The notes under the pieces are model-generated. The model made no database searches. It saw only the letters and a program-made list of their open reading frames with translations, and was not told the DNA's origin. Made by a program: the position numbers and the translations under genes. This document shows positions 49,056-58,120 of a stretch of DNA of 64,000 bases, one piece after another; within the stretch, counting starts at the first letter, position 1; each line of letters opens with the position of its first letter. The stretch is from an uncultured delta proteobacterium (GTDB lineage: Bacteria > Desulfobacterota > RBG-13-43-22), in assembly GCA_963843145.1 (NCBI GenBank), contig CAWJJC010000021.1, forward strand, positions 96,001 to 160,000, read 5' to 3'.

Positions 49056-50237
49056 TCAACTGAACACGCCGGATTTTTCAAACTCGGCAATTTCCTCATC
49101 CCCGTATCCGAGATCTTTGAGGACCTCGATGGTATGGGTCCCGGCCGGAACGCCGATGTTTCGGTATTCGGGAGCGGTTCCCGAGTATTTGATCGGGTGG
49201 GCCAATTGTTTGACTGAACCGCCTCCGGGCAGAGGCAACTTGACCACCATTTCCCTTTCCCGGGCCTGGGGATCGGAGAGGGCTTCGGCCAGGGTCAGGA
49301 CCGGCTCCACGCAGGCGTCATAGTTCTTGAAAATCTCCCCCCACTCCCCGCGCGTCTTGGTTTTAATGATTTCCCGGACCTCTCTTTTTATTTTGGGAAG
49401 GTCGGTGGTCACGACCGTTCCCGGAATCAGGTCCGGACGGTCGATGGCCCGGCAAAAGGCGGCAAAAAATTGGGGTTCCAACCCGCCAAAGCTGAGGTGG
49501 CTGCCCTCGCTGGTTTCGTAAAAGTCATATAAGGACCCGCTGTTCAACAGGTGTCCCTCCCGCTCCAGTTCTTGGCCGTCGGCTAGAAAAGCCGCCCCGA
49601 CCATGGCGTTAAAGGCCATGACCCCGTCGGTCATGGCTACGTCGATGTACTGGCCTTCACCGGTTTGCTGCCGGTGAACCACGGCGGCCAAAATGCCGAT
49701 CACGGAATTATTGGAACCGGAGGCGATGTCGGCGATCTGCATGCCCGTCAGGACCGGACCGGTTTCTTTCTTGCCGGAATAGGCCATCAGCCCGGACCGG
49801 GCCAGGTAGTTGATGTCATGGCCGGCGCGGTCGGCCATGGGCCCGGTCTGCCCATAGCCGGTCAGGGAACAGTAGATGAGGCGGGGTTGGCGTTCCTTTA
49901 AGGTTCCATAATCCAGACCAAATTTGGCCATTACCCCGGGGCGGAACTGTTCGATGAGGATGTCGTACTCCTCGATAAGCTGGTGAACGATTTTGACGGC
50001 CCGGAGATCCTTGAGGTTTAAAGTCAGAGACTTTTTCCCCCGGCCCAGATAAGCCAGAATGGCGGAGATGGTCTCTTTCCCGATAAAAGGCGGCAGCCTA
50101 GTGGTCAGGTCGATGCGCGTTCCCGAGACTACCCTCAGCACCTCAGCGCCCATATCGGCCAGCATCATCGTGGCGTAAGGGCCCGGCAACAGGGTGGTGA
50201 AGTCCAGTACTTTTAAACCTTGTAAAGGTCCGGCCAT
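49056..50237 (-). CDS. CaiB/BaiF family III CoA-transferase
   Basis: LDFTTLLPGPY, EQFRPGV, GYGQTGP, GHDINY, QIAD. Confidence 0.95.
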   Translation of the reverse strand: MAGPLQGLKVLDFTTLLPGPYATMMLADMGAEVLRVVSGTRIDLTTRLPPFIGKETISAILAYLGRGKKSLTLNLKDLRAVKIVHQLIEEYDILIEQFRPGVMAKFGLDYGTLKERQPRLIYCSLTGYGQTGPMADRAGHDINYLARSGLMAYSGKKETGPVLTGMQIADIASGSNNSVIGILAAVVHRQQTGEGQYIDVAMTDGVMAFNAMVGAAFLADGQELEREGHLLNSGSLYDFYETSEGSHLSFGGLEPQFFAAFCRAIDRPDLIPGTVVTTDLPKIKREVREIIKTKTRGEWGEIFKNYDACVEPVLTLAEALSDPQAREREMVVKLPLPGGGSVKQLAHPIKYSGTAPEYRNIGVPAGTHTIEVLKDLGYGDEEIAEFEKSGVFS

Positions 50238-50440
50238 GAAATCACTCCTTTAAGTCCGTTGTTTGGCCCTATTTATAATCTTTTTGGAAGCATAAAAGCA
50301 ACCTTCTTAAGCCCCGGCGCCATTCCTGTCCCAGGCACAGGACCTGGTGTGGGTGTTCCTTGTTTAAGACGAAAATAAATCCGTCCCTCTTGTCATTGCG
50401 ACCCTGGACTTGATCCTCGCAATAACGGGTATCACAAATA

Positions 50441-50640
50441 TTTTCATGCTTCGGGGTGCCCGCCCCGGGCATGGGGTTTTTTGCCGTCATGCCGGACTCG
50501 ATCCGGCATCCAGATCCTTTTAGTCATATCCGAGGCCTGGATTCCGGATCGCGCTTCGCTTGTCCGGAATGACGAGCTGACTAAACCCTTTTGAAGCCCA
50601 TTTTCAGGTTTCGCGGGTGCTCTTTCCGGGCATGGGGGGG
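50441..50640. repeat. Composite REP cluster
   Basis: TTTTCATGCTTCGGGGTGCC...GGGCATGGGG units at ~50441 and ~50601 flank a GTCATGCCGG...CCGGAATGAC REP (50486-50573); related unit near 60204-60240. Confidence 0.7.
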
Positions 50641-50711
50641 ATAGTCGCTAAAAAGGATCCAGCCGGGCGGCAGATAGTATGACCATTATCCTAAAAAATA
50701 GGGTAAAATAA

Positions 50712-50939
50712 TTTATTTCGGAAAAAGAACTAAAACCGGATTATGTGGTCCCCCAGGGAATGGACTTTCGGGTTCCGCCGGCCGTGGCGGCCGCCGTGGC
50801 CCGGAGCGCCCTGGAAACCAAGGTGGCCCGCATAGAAGTCGATCCCGAACTTATTGCCCAAAGGGCTCGGGCCTTTATCTATGAAGGGGGAATCGGACTT
50901 TATCGGGATGAGGAGTTTAAGTTGGAAAGCGGGAGATAG
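50712..50939 (+). pseudogene. C-terminal fragment of a malic enzyme
   Basis: ELKPDYVVPQGMDFRVPPAVAAAVARSALETKVAR resembles malic enzyme C-termini; stop codon immediately upstream. Confidence 0.65.
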
Positions 50940-50952
50940 CCGGGGCGGATGC

Positions 50953-51019
50953 CGACGGACCGCAAAAAGTCCGCCCCGCCGGGCGGAAAGTCGTTTTTTG
51001 ACGATTGGCGAGGTTAGCT
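50953..51019. mobile_element. MITE family A, eroded short copy 4
   Basis: CGACGGACCGCAAAAAGTC ... GAAAGTCGTTTTTTGACGATTGGCGAGGTTAGCT; shares the subterminal stretch with 11449-11493; no TSD visible. Confidence 0.6.
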
Positions 51020-51023
51020 AAGG

Positions 51024-51770
51024 ATGAAAGCCGTTTTTTCCATGTGGAAAAATACCCGCATGATTATCCTGACGGCGGTCTGCGCCGCCATTTACGGCGC
51101 GGCCCTGATCGCCTTCAAAACGGCCATTCCCTTGATCCCGGGGATCACCGAGGTCCGGGTGGGAAATATTCTTCCCGTGCCCTTCGGCCTGCTTTTCGGA
51201 CCGGCCGGGGCCTGGGGTGCGGCCTTCGGGAATCTGATCGGAGATCTGCTGGGAGGGACCCTGAGTCCGGGTTCGACCGGGGGCTTCGTGGGCAACTTTC
51301 TTTTGGCCTATCTCCCCTATACTCTCTGGACCCAGTGGGTCCCTTTCCACCAGAAAACCCGGGAATGGAAACCCGGAGGAATTGGACCCTGGGTAACGTA
51401 TTTTCTGGTAACGTTTATTTCCGCAGGGGCCTGCGCGATAATCGTCGGGACCGTAGTGGACGCCCTGGGAATCGTTCCCTATCTTGTGCTGACCAAGATC
51501 ATCACCATCAATAATACCGTGGCCGGCTGGATCGGGGTTGTTCTGCTGACAACGGTATTCGGTTTCATTAAGGATGGCCTTCATCTTTTTTGGCCCGAGG
51601 TATTGGACGAAGAGGAAATCGGACGGCCGATCGCCGGCCCCTTGGGGGCCTGGGTGGTTTGTTTGGCCACCTTGTTTGGACTTTTCGGCGGGTACTTCAG
51701 CACGTTCGGTCCGGGCGCCATCGGCGGGCTGTCTTCACTGGCTATTATGCTGGGATGTCTGCTCCTCTAA
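51024..51770 (+). CDS. ECF transporter S component (QueT-like annotation class)
   Basis: Hydrophobic; GLLFGPAGAWGAAFGNLIGD; upstream of ECF A-A and T genes. Confidence 0.82.
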   Translation: MKAVFSMWKNTRMIILTAVCAAIYGAALIAFKTAIPLIPGITEVRVGNILPVPFGLLFGPAGAWGAAFGNLIGDLLGGTLSPGSTGGFVGNFLLAYLPYTLWTQWVPFHQKTREWKPGGIGPWVTYFLVTFISAGACAIIVGTVVDALGIVPYLVLTKIITINNTVAGWIGVVLLTTVFGFIKDGLHLFWPEVLDEEEIGRPIAGPLGAWVVCLATLFGLFGGYFSTFGPGAIGGLSSLAIMLGCLLL

Positions 51771-53455
51771 AGCGGAACCCCCCCGTGCCTCAGGCCATTA
51801 CCATTGAAGGCCTGTCCTTCACCTATCCAAAACAGGATCAACCGGCCCTGCGAAAGCTCAGCGGCTCCATGGACCAGGGGCGTTGGACCGTTCTGATGGG
51901 CAGGGAAGGGGCCGGCAAATCAACCCTCTGTTTTGCCTTAAATGGGTTAGTTCCTCATTTTTTTCGAGGAAGGTATCAGGGCCGGGTCATGGTCGGAGGC
52001 CGGGATCCGGCCCGGAGCAAAGTTTCGGAAATGGCCCGCCGGGTCGGTTTGGTTCTCCAGGATTTTGAGACCCAGCTTTTTTCGACCTCCGTGGAATTGG
52101 AAATGGTCTTCGGACTGGAAAATATAGGACTCCCTCAGGGGGAGATGGACGCCCGGATCCAAAAATATTTGAAGTGGGTCGGCTTGGAAAAGATGCGGCA
52201 GCGGGAACCGGCCAGCCTTTCCGGGGGGGAAAAACAAAGGCTGGCCATCGGCGCGGTCCTGGCCATGGAACCTGATTTTTTGGTTTTGGATGAACCAACC
52301 ACCGATCTGGACCCTGCCGGCCGGCAGGACGTCTATGGAATTATTAATCATTGGCGAAATCTGGGCAAGACGCTGGTTTTGGTGGAGCAGGACCCGGATG
52401 TGGTTTTGGAGGCCGATCGACTCTGGGTCATCCAAGAAGGGGAACTGAAGACCAGCGGGCTTCCCGAGGACCTCTTCAGAAAAGGATCTTTTTCGGAGCA
52501 GGGGCTGCAACGTCCGGCCCTGATGGAGTTGTTCCATCTGTTGGATTGGTCGGAAGGACCGCTGACCGTCGATGAGGCCGAGTTCCTGATTCGGAAGAAA
52601 AGTCCGGTATCGATAGAAAAAAATTATGGGCTTCCGGAAGGTCGAATGAATACGGGTAAGGCCCTGATACAGGTTGATCGGGTCGAATACCGTTATCCCC
52701 AGGGGGGAGCCAGTGCCCTTAAACAAGTCACCCTGGAGATCCGGGAAGGGGAATTTATCGCCCTTCTGGGGCCTAATGGCTCTGGAAAGTCTACTCTGGC
52801 CAGGCTGTTGAATGGTCTGCTGAAGCCCTCGGCCGGCCGAGTCCTGGTGAAAGGCCGGCCGACCACAAGTTTCAGTCCTCCGGATATGGCCAAAGAGGTG
52901 GGCTATGTTTTTCAAAATCCCGATCACCAGCTTTTTGCCCGAACCGTTGCGGAAGAGGTGGGCTTTGGCCCCCGAGTCCTGGGCCTGGAGAGCAAAGCCC
53001 TTCAGCAGCGGGTCAAAGAAGCGCTTGAGGCCGTCGGTTTGGAAGGATATGACCAAAGAGAGCCTTTTGCCCTGACCAAAGGAGAACGACAGCGCCTGGC
53101 CGTAGCCTCCATGCTGGCTGCCCGCCCCTGGCTGTTGATTTTGGACGAGCCCACCACCGGCCTGGACAACGGGCATCAGCGGGGAATGCTGGATATGTTA
53201 AATCGACTGAACCAACAGGGTCACACCATCCTGATTGTTACCCATCATCTCTGGGTGGCCGCAGAATATTGCCGGCGTTGTGTGGTTCTGAAAGAGGGGA
53301 AGGTCTGGGTGGAAGGAGCCACGCGATCCGTTTTCCAGCAGGAGTCGCTCCTGAAGGAAGCCTCCCTGGTTCTTCCGCCGATCATGCGGCTATCCAATCG
53401 GCTGAATTATCAGGGACTGACTGCGGCGGCCCTGGCCCGGGAAATAAGGCCATGA
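51755..53455 (+). CDS. ECF transporter duplicated ATPase
   Basis: Two Walker A motifs (GREGAGKST, GPNGSGKST), FQNPDHQLF, two LDEPTT. Confidence 0.93.
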   Translation: MSAPLKRNPPVPQAITIEGLSFTYPKQDQPALRKLSGSMDQGRWTVLMGREGAGKSTLCFALNGLVPHFFRGRYQGRVMVGGRDPARSKVSEMARRVGLVLQDFETQLFSTSVELEMVFGLENIGLPQGEMDARIQKYLKWVGLEKMRQREPASLSGGEKQRLAIGAVLAMEPDFLVLDEPTTDLDPAGRQDVYGIINHWRNLGKTLVLVEQDPDVVLEADRLWVIQEGELKTSGLPEDLFRKGSFSEQGLQRPALMELFHLLDWSEGPLTVDEAEFLIRKKSPVSIEKNYGLPEGRMNTGKALIQVDRVEYRYPQGGASALKQVTLEIREGEFIALLGPNGSGKSTLARLLNGLLKPSAGRVLVKGRPTTSFSPPDMAKEVGYVFQNPDHQLFARTVAEEVGFGPRVLGLESKALQQRVKEALEAVGLEGYDQREPFALTKGERQRLAVASMLAARPWLLILDEPTTGLDNGHQRGMLDMLNRLNQQGHTILIVTHHLWVAAEYCRRCVVLKEGKVWVEGATRSVFQQESLLKEASLVLPPIMRLSNRLNYQGLTAAALAREIRP

Positions 53456-54246
53456 ATTTTTTTCTTTACTCCGAGCGAGAGACCCTGATCCATCGCCTCG
53501 ATCCCCGGACCAAACTGGCCTCCCTGGCGTCCCTTTTTGCCTTAGCCTTGCTCTTCAATCATCCCCTCTATTCGGCCGGGGTAGGCCTGGTGGTAGTGAC
53601 GGGATTCGTCGTGGCGAAGACCTGGAAGGGATTGTGGCGGTTTCGTTGGCTTCTAGGGCTTTTGTTTATTTTTAGCGGTATAATTTGGCCGTTAACTTTG
53701 AAGGATTTTCCGGTCTGGTGGTCGGCAGGGCCGTTTCAGATCAGCAGGGAGGCAGTGGGGTATGGCCTGGCCATGGGAATTCGCCTGGTCACCTTTGTCA
53801 GTAGCGGCATCCTTTTTCTCTCGGTTACGCGAAACGAAGAAATCACCCAGGGTCTGATAAGGATAAAAGTCCCCTACCCGGCAGCTTTTGCGCTTTCTAC
53901 CGCCCTGCGTTTACTGCCTACCTTTGTGGGGGCCGGGGCCACTATCATCGAGGCGCAGCGCTCTCGGGGATTGGACCTGGATAAAGGAAATATTTTTCGG
54001 CGGGTCGGGTACTTTATCCCCCAGGCCGTTCCCCTCTTGATTTACGCCCTTCGCTACACTAATTTTCTGGCCATGGCTTTGGAGTCCCGGGGGTTCGATC
54101 CCGGTTATCCGCGGACCTGGTATCGGGAATTGAAATTGGGACCCAACGATTACGGGGTGTTGGCTGGCGGGTTAATCCTTGTTGGGTTGGCGGTTTTTAT
54201 CCGTCTCGGACTGGCTGTGGGGGCTGTCATCCCCCAGCGTCTCTAA
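53452..54246 (+). CDS. ECF transporter T component
   Basis: HRLDPRTK, AQRSRG and ALESRG motifs; ATGA overlap. Confidence 0.93.
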   Translation: MNFFLYSERETLIHRLDPRTKLASLASLFALALLFNHPLYSAGVGLVVVTGFVVAKTWKGLWRFRWLLGLLFIFSGIIWPLTLKDFPVWWSAGPFQISREAVGYGLAMGIRLVTFVSSGILFLSVTRNEEITQGLIRIKVPYPAAFALSTALRLLPTFVGAGATIIEAQRSRGLDLDKGNIFRRVGYFIPQAVPLLIYALRYTNFLAMALESRGFDPGYPRTWYRELKLGPNDYGVLAGGLILVGLAVFIRLGLAVGAVIPQRL

Positions 54247-54627
54247 GGCCCCCTCGAATAGAGGCTGAAAAACCTCGCAGTTCCGGCAAATCATTATTTT
54301 GTCCTTCCAGCTTTTTTGGGCTGATCCCCGGCAGAAAGTTCCGCTGATGAACCAGCAAAGGTGTCCGCATCGAAACTCCCAGGCGGGACAGTGGAGTTTT
54401 TGATTCGGGGGGCAATTTCTAATCAGCCAGCAGACTACGGGCCGGCGCTGGATATTTCGAACCCGGGAATAAAGAAAAAAAACCTGCCGTTCGACGCCGC
54501 TCGGTATTTTTCGCCAGCCCTGTTCGTAGCTGTGTACCGCTTTGACGGAGAGGCCGAGTAGTCGGGCCATATCCCTCTGCGACTTCCCGATTTTTTTTCG
54601 AAACCCTGAGAACTCCCTGGAGGTCAT
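54172..54627 (-). CDS. XRE-type HTH regulator with Cys/Trp-rich (two-CW-like) domain
   Basis: SQRDMARLLGLSVKAVHSYEQGWR HTH; CW...C...CPAW...CW..GTFC...C..C. Confidence 0.82.
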   Translation of the reverse strand: MTSREFSGFRKKIGKSQRDMARLLGLSVKAVHSYEQGWRKIPSGVERQVFFLYSRVRNIQRRPVVCWLIRNCPPNQKLHCPAWEFRCGHLCWFISGTFCRGSAQKSWKDKIMICRNCEVFQPLFEGALETLGDDSPHSQSETDKNRQPNKD

Positions 54628-54805
54628 AATTTTTGACGTTTCATCCTTTTGGGGAGGTACCTCCGCCTATTGGGTAGGGCCGTAAGGTCTCGGAGGCCTG
54701 ATTTTAGGTTAACCTGCCGAATTTTGTGGACACCCGCCCAAGAGGACGAACAAACAATATGTTTTAAAAGGAGTAAAAAGCCGTAAAAAATTCTTGTTTT
54801 CTATG

Positions 54806-54835
54806 CTACATTGTAGTATATACCACTAAGTGGTA
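54806..54835. promoter_or_regulatory. Tandem dyads upstream of the XRE-CW gene
   Basis: CTACA-T-TGTAG (54806-54816) and TACCACT-A-AGTGGTA (54821-54835). Confidence 0.45.
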
Positions 54836-54872
54836 GATAGGCAATAAAATAGTATCAGGGTCGGGGAAAGGT

Positions 54873-56210
54873 TTAACTTTTATTCGGAAGGCGGGTCTGA
54901 AGGATGGTATTCGAAAAAGAGCGCGCCAAAAAGGCGATCGACCCCAATCGCCCCACGACCAAGGCCAAAGCGGCGGCAACCACACCGATCAGCGTCCAAT
55001 AATGGATACCCAGGGTCAGGACGATGACCATGAGCAGAATGTCCAATCCGGTAGCCCAGGTAAGAATTGCGGTGCGGCGGGCGTTGACCAGCACGGATCG
55101 TTGGAAAGTCAGCGCCATCCAGAGGGCCGGGAGGGGAGCCAGAATTTGAAGGGGTCTTCGAACAAAGGAGGCCAATTCCGGGGATAACCCGGATACCCGA
55201 TGAAACCATAACAAGGAAAGAGGGGAAAAACCAAAAAGCGCAAAAAGTACGACCGTCAGGAACAGCAGTCCCAAGGCGAAGCGGAGCAGTTTTCGATAAT
55301 TTTCCAGGTGGTCTCCCAGAAGGGCGATGGTAACTTCCTGGAAGGACAAACCGAAACTCATGAAAATAAGCAGCAGGGCTTGAAGCACCGGCCAGACGGC
55401 TAAGGATTCAATAGCCATTCGTCCCTGAGCCAGGAAATAGGAGATAACCGGGTTAATTCCCAGGGCCAGCATGGAGGTCAAGGCCAGGGGAAAATAGAAG
55501 GCGCCGATGGCTCGGTAGGTCAAGACTCGAGGGGACGAGAAGGAATCCTTATTCCCTGAATGCAGCCTGCGGATGATTTTTCTGGCCATCAGTCGGCTGG
55601 CCAGGGCTTCAATCACCACCCCGGTGGTCAGGGCCCAGGCGCCCACACAGGCACCCGGCCAGGGGGAGAAAAGGAAGAGCAGTATCCCGGTTAGCGCCAT
55701 GGCGGTCAGCCTGATTGCAGTCCCGGCGGCCACCAGCCAGGTGCTTCCATGCTGGATGATGATCCCGTGGTAAAAACGGCGATAACCGATGGCCCAGGGG
55801 ACGGCAATCAGAATGAGGGAAGCCTGATGGGTCAATTGGGCAACCCGGTCCGGAAGGCCGATGAGTTTCAGGGTGACAAAATAAAAAAGGGGCGGCCAAA
55901 GGCCCAGACCCATTACCCCGGTTACCACGGTGATCAGACCCAGAGAAAAGTGGCGCATTTTGATATAGTCCTGCCAATTCCGGACCAGGGAGTTGGAGGC
56001 GCTGACCAGCATGAGTACCGGGGCCTCAATGAACAGCGTTATCGCAAAGGCGACCCCAAAGGCCGCCAAATTGAACTTGGCTTCGACTAAACGGGCGATG
56101 ACGGCGCTTAAGAAGGATCCCTCAAAGGCCATCATCAACCAGGTTACTTCCAGGGGTAACCAAAACAGGAAGATATTCTTATAGCGCTGGGGTTCCTGAC
56201 GGTTTTTCAT
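54873..56210 (-). CDS. MATE/MOP-like multi-pass membrane protein
   Basis: About 12 hydrophobic segments in two repeats; FWLPL..TWLMM, LAAFGVAF; start uncertain (56210 or 56249). Confidence 0.75.
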   Translation of the reverse strand: MKNRQEPQRYKNIFLFWLPLEVTWLMMAFEGSFLSAVIARLVEAKFNLAAFGVAFAITLFIEAPVLMLVSASNSLVRNWQDYIKMRHFSLGLITVVTGVMGLGLWPPLFYFVTLKLIGLPDRVAQLTHQASLILIAVPWAIGYRRFYHGIIIQHGSTWLVAAGTAIRLTAMALTGILLFLFSPWPGACVGAWALTTGVVIEALASRLMARKIIRRLHSGNKDSFSSPRVLTYRAIGAFYFPLALTSMLALGINPVISYFLAQGRMAIESLAVWPVLQALLLIFMSFGLSFQEVTIALLGDHLENYRKLLRFALGLLFLTVVLFALFGFSPLSLLWFHRVSGLSPELASFVRRPLQILAPLPALWMALTFQRSVLVNARRTAILTWATGLDILLMVIVLTLGIHYWTLIGVVAAALALVVGRLGSIAFLARSFSNTILQTRLPNKS

Positions 56211-56409
56211 CTTGGGAGGATGGTTAGCATTTCGGGTCGGAGGAATCAAGTAAATTGAAACGGCGGGGGCAGGCAGAAGGGAATAAAGCCAGGTACTAAA
56301 AAATACAGCTAACTTTCTTAATAAATACAGGATTCACCCCATTTTTTTTTAAGAAAAAGGAGTTATACTTTTCTAAAATTCGACTAAGAACCTTAAAGTG
56401 GAGATTGTT

Positions 56410-56748
56410 ATGTTTTGTAAAAGACTGCAGGCGACCATGACGGTCAATGCCTGCCAAAAAAGGCAGAAGAAGGCACTTACCTATTTGGAGTTGGAGGCCT
56501 GTCGGGAATGTCCCCAGAAGGGCTTGGTGAACGCGGGATTGGAATCGGACCAGGATATCCTTAATATGATAAAGGAAATAGGTCTGCAATCTCCCCTGGG
56601 ATTACAACTGCCCGGAGGAATCCAGCCCCTGATGGCTGTCGCTGAGGATAGAAATGCAATGAACCCGGCCAAGATGGAGAAAACCGAACAGAAAGGCTTT
56701 TATCGGCGAAGGATGAGAATGTCCCCTTCCCTGGACCATTCCGTATAA
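56410..56748 (+). CDS. Hypothetical Cys-containing protein
   Basis: GGAG RBS; FCKRL..T....AC..RQ....C..C N-terminus; followed by a hairpin. Confidence 0.5.
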   Translation: MFCKRLQATMTVNACQKRQKKALTYLELEACRECPQKGLVNAGLESDQDILNMIKEIGLQSPLGLQLPGGIQPLMAVAEDRNAMNPAKMEKTEQKGFYRRRMRMSPSLDHSV

Positions 56749-56767
56749 CGCGTTCTCCCCTCCCCAA

Positions 56768-56810
56768 CGGGCGGGTGATCGGGATCCGTAGCGATTCCCA
56801 TCACCCGCCC
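56768..56810. terminator. Hairpin between convergent genes
   Basis: GGGCGGGTGAT ... ATCACCCGCCC. Confidence 0.55.
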
Positions 56811-56867
56811 CCTCCTAAGGCTAATTAAAAATATTTGAATTTTTGCTTTAAAAAGGTCCAGTACCTA

Positions 56868-57477
56868 TTAGTTACCGTTTTCCAACCCTAAAGTAAAACG
56901 CCAGCGGCAGTAGCAATCAGCGGGATGGGGATCCGGTGGGGCGAACAGACATTCCACCCTGATGGCCGGGTCGACGGCCTGGGCGAAACGCTGAAACTCT
57001 CCCTATAGCGGGATGGGTCGGTGGGGCGAACAGACATTCCACCCTGATGGCCGGGTCGACGGCCTGGGCGAAACTCTGAAACTCTCCCATGTGCATGAAT
57101 TTGCATACGAATTCGTTTAGACCCCGGCGTAAGCGAGCCTCCTGGGTAGGGCATTTGGGGACCGTAATGAATACCTCATTTTCATTTTCTTCAATTTGAT
57201 AACCTACTAAGGGGGTCCAGGGAAAGAAGCGCAAGGCCTGGACAAATCCTTTTAACCCTTTTTCTTCGATATGGAAACGCCGGATCAAATCCTTGGCCGC
57301 CATTGAAGGGACGCGGGACCAGACCTGTTCATTTATTCGTTCGGCGGTGGGCTGATCAAAGGCTTCGGCCACATAGAGGAACCAGAAGGCATCCACCACT
57401 CGGTAATGCCAGAGCAGAAATTCCAGATAACTGCGCAATTGCGGCGCCTCTAAGGTCTCGAAGATGCTTAAATCCAT
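56868..57477 (-). pseudogene. DUF6125-like protein frameshifted by an ~85-bp tandem duplication
   Basis: MDLSIF...VDAFWF...[11 protein letters not shown]; the natural C-terminus [22 protein letters not shown] lies in the second repeat copy, out of frame. Confidence 0.72.
56918..57088. repeat. Imperfect tandem duplication (two ~85-bp units)
   Basis: AGCGGGATGGG...GAAACTCTCCC at ~56918-57003 and ~57007-57088. Confidence 0.92.
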
Positions 57478-57677
57478 TTTCTTCTCTCCCGGGCATGTGG
57501 TAATCCATATTAAATTCAAATGGTTGCGGTGTAAATCCCTGAAGCCTGAAAATCCGTTCTTTGCGAGTCCATCAATCTTAACCCAACGCCATAAAATTTC
57601 AACTTGTTTAATAGGATTAAAGGTTACTGTCAAAAAAACCGATTGAAAAAGTATTCTTAAATCTTCTTGGGGGACTT

Positions 57678-58067
57678 ATGCTCAATCGCAATCCAAACCG
57701 CCTATGCGCCGAATTTCCAGAGATTTTTCAAAATTATTTGGACCAGGCCAGCCGAATCGTTATCTTGCTGCTGGATCAGGAAAAGAACATTTTGGACTGC
57801 AACAAAGGTTTTTTGCGCGAATTCGGACTGGAAGAGAAGCCCTTAGGCGAGAATGTCAGAAATTTTACGGCACCCGGAGATTGGGAAAAACTGAAATTTC
57901 CAGACTTTATCCCTTTAAAACCACCGCTGCGGGGTGCCGCGCACGGTTTGGTTGATTACCAGGAATCAAGCCTTGATTTTCTTGATCGGATGTCAAAGAA
58001 GCACTTCCTTCATTGTTGTGTTTTCAACCTCGGGACTCAATACCTTATTTTTGGGGAAAAAAACTAA
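57678..58067 (+). CDS. Stand-alone PAS-like protein
   Basis: ILLLDQEKNILDCNKGF..FG.....LGENV PAS-type N-terminus. Confidence 0.6.
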   Translation: MLNRNPNRLCAEFPEIFQNYLDQASRIVILLLDQEKNILDCNKGFLREFGLEEKPLGENVRNFTAPGDWEKLKFPDFIPLKPPLRGAAHGLVDYQESSLDFLDRMSKKHFLHCCVFNLGTQYLIFGEKN

Positions 58068-58120
58068 TACCCGCCGTATTTCCTCCTAGAGGAAGGTGAC
58101 TGTTGGGGATCGGTCTGTCG

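Noticed and set aside
48079-53176. Long antisense ORFs (e.g. 48079-49323, 51947-53176)
   Set aside because: Shadow frames of well-supported GC-rich genes, with no motifs of their own
54640-54745. Riboswitch in the GC-rich leader of the XRE-CW gene
   Set aside because: Hairpins are possible but no recognisable c-di-GMP, SAM, TPP or cobalamin core; needs an Rfam scan
56918-57088. Tandem repeat as a DGR or CRISPR-like unit
   Set aside because: Only two abutting copies with indels, no spacer, no RT
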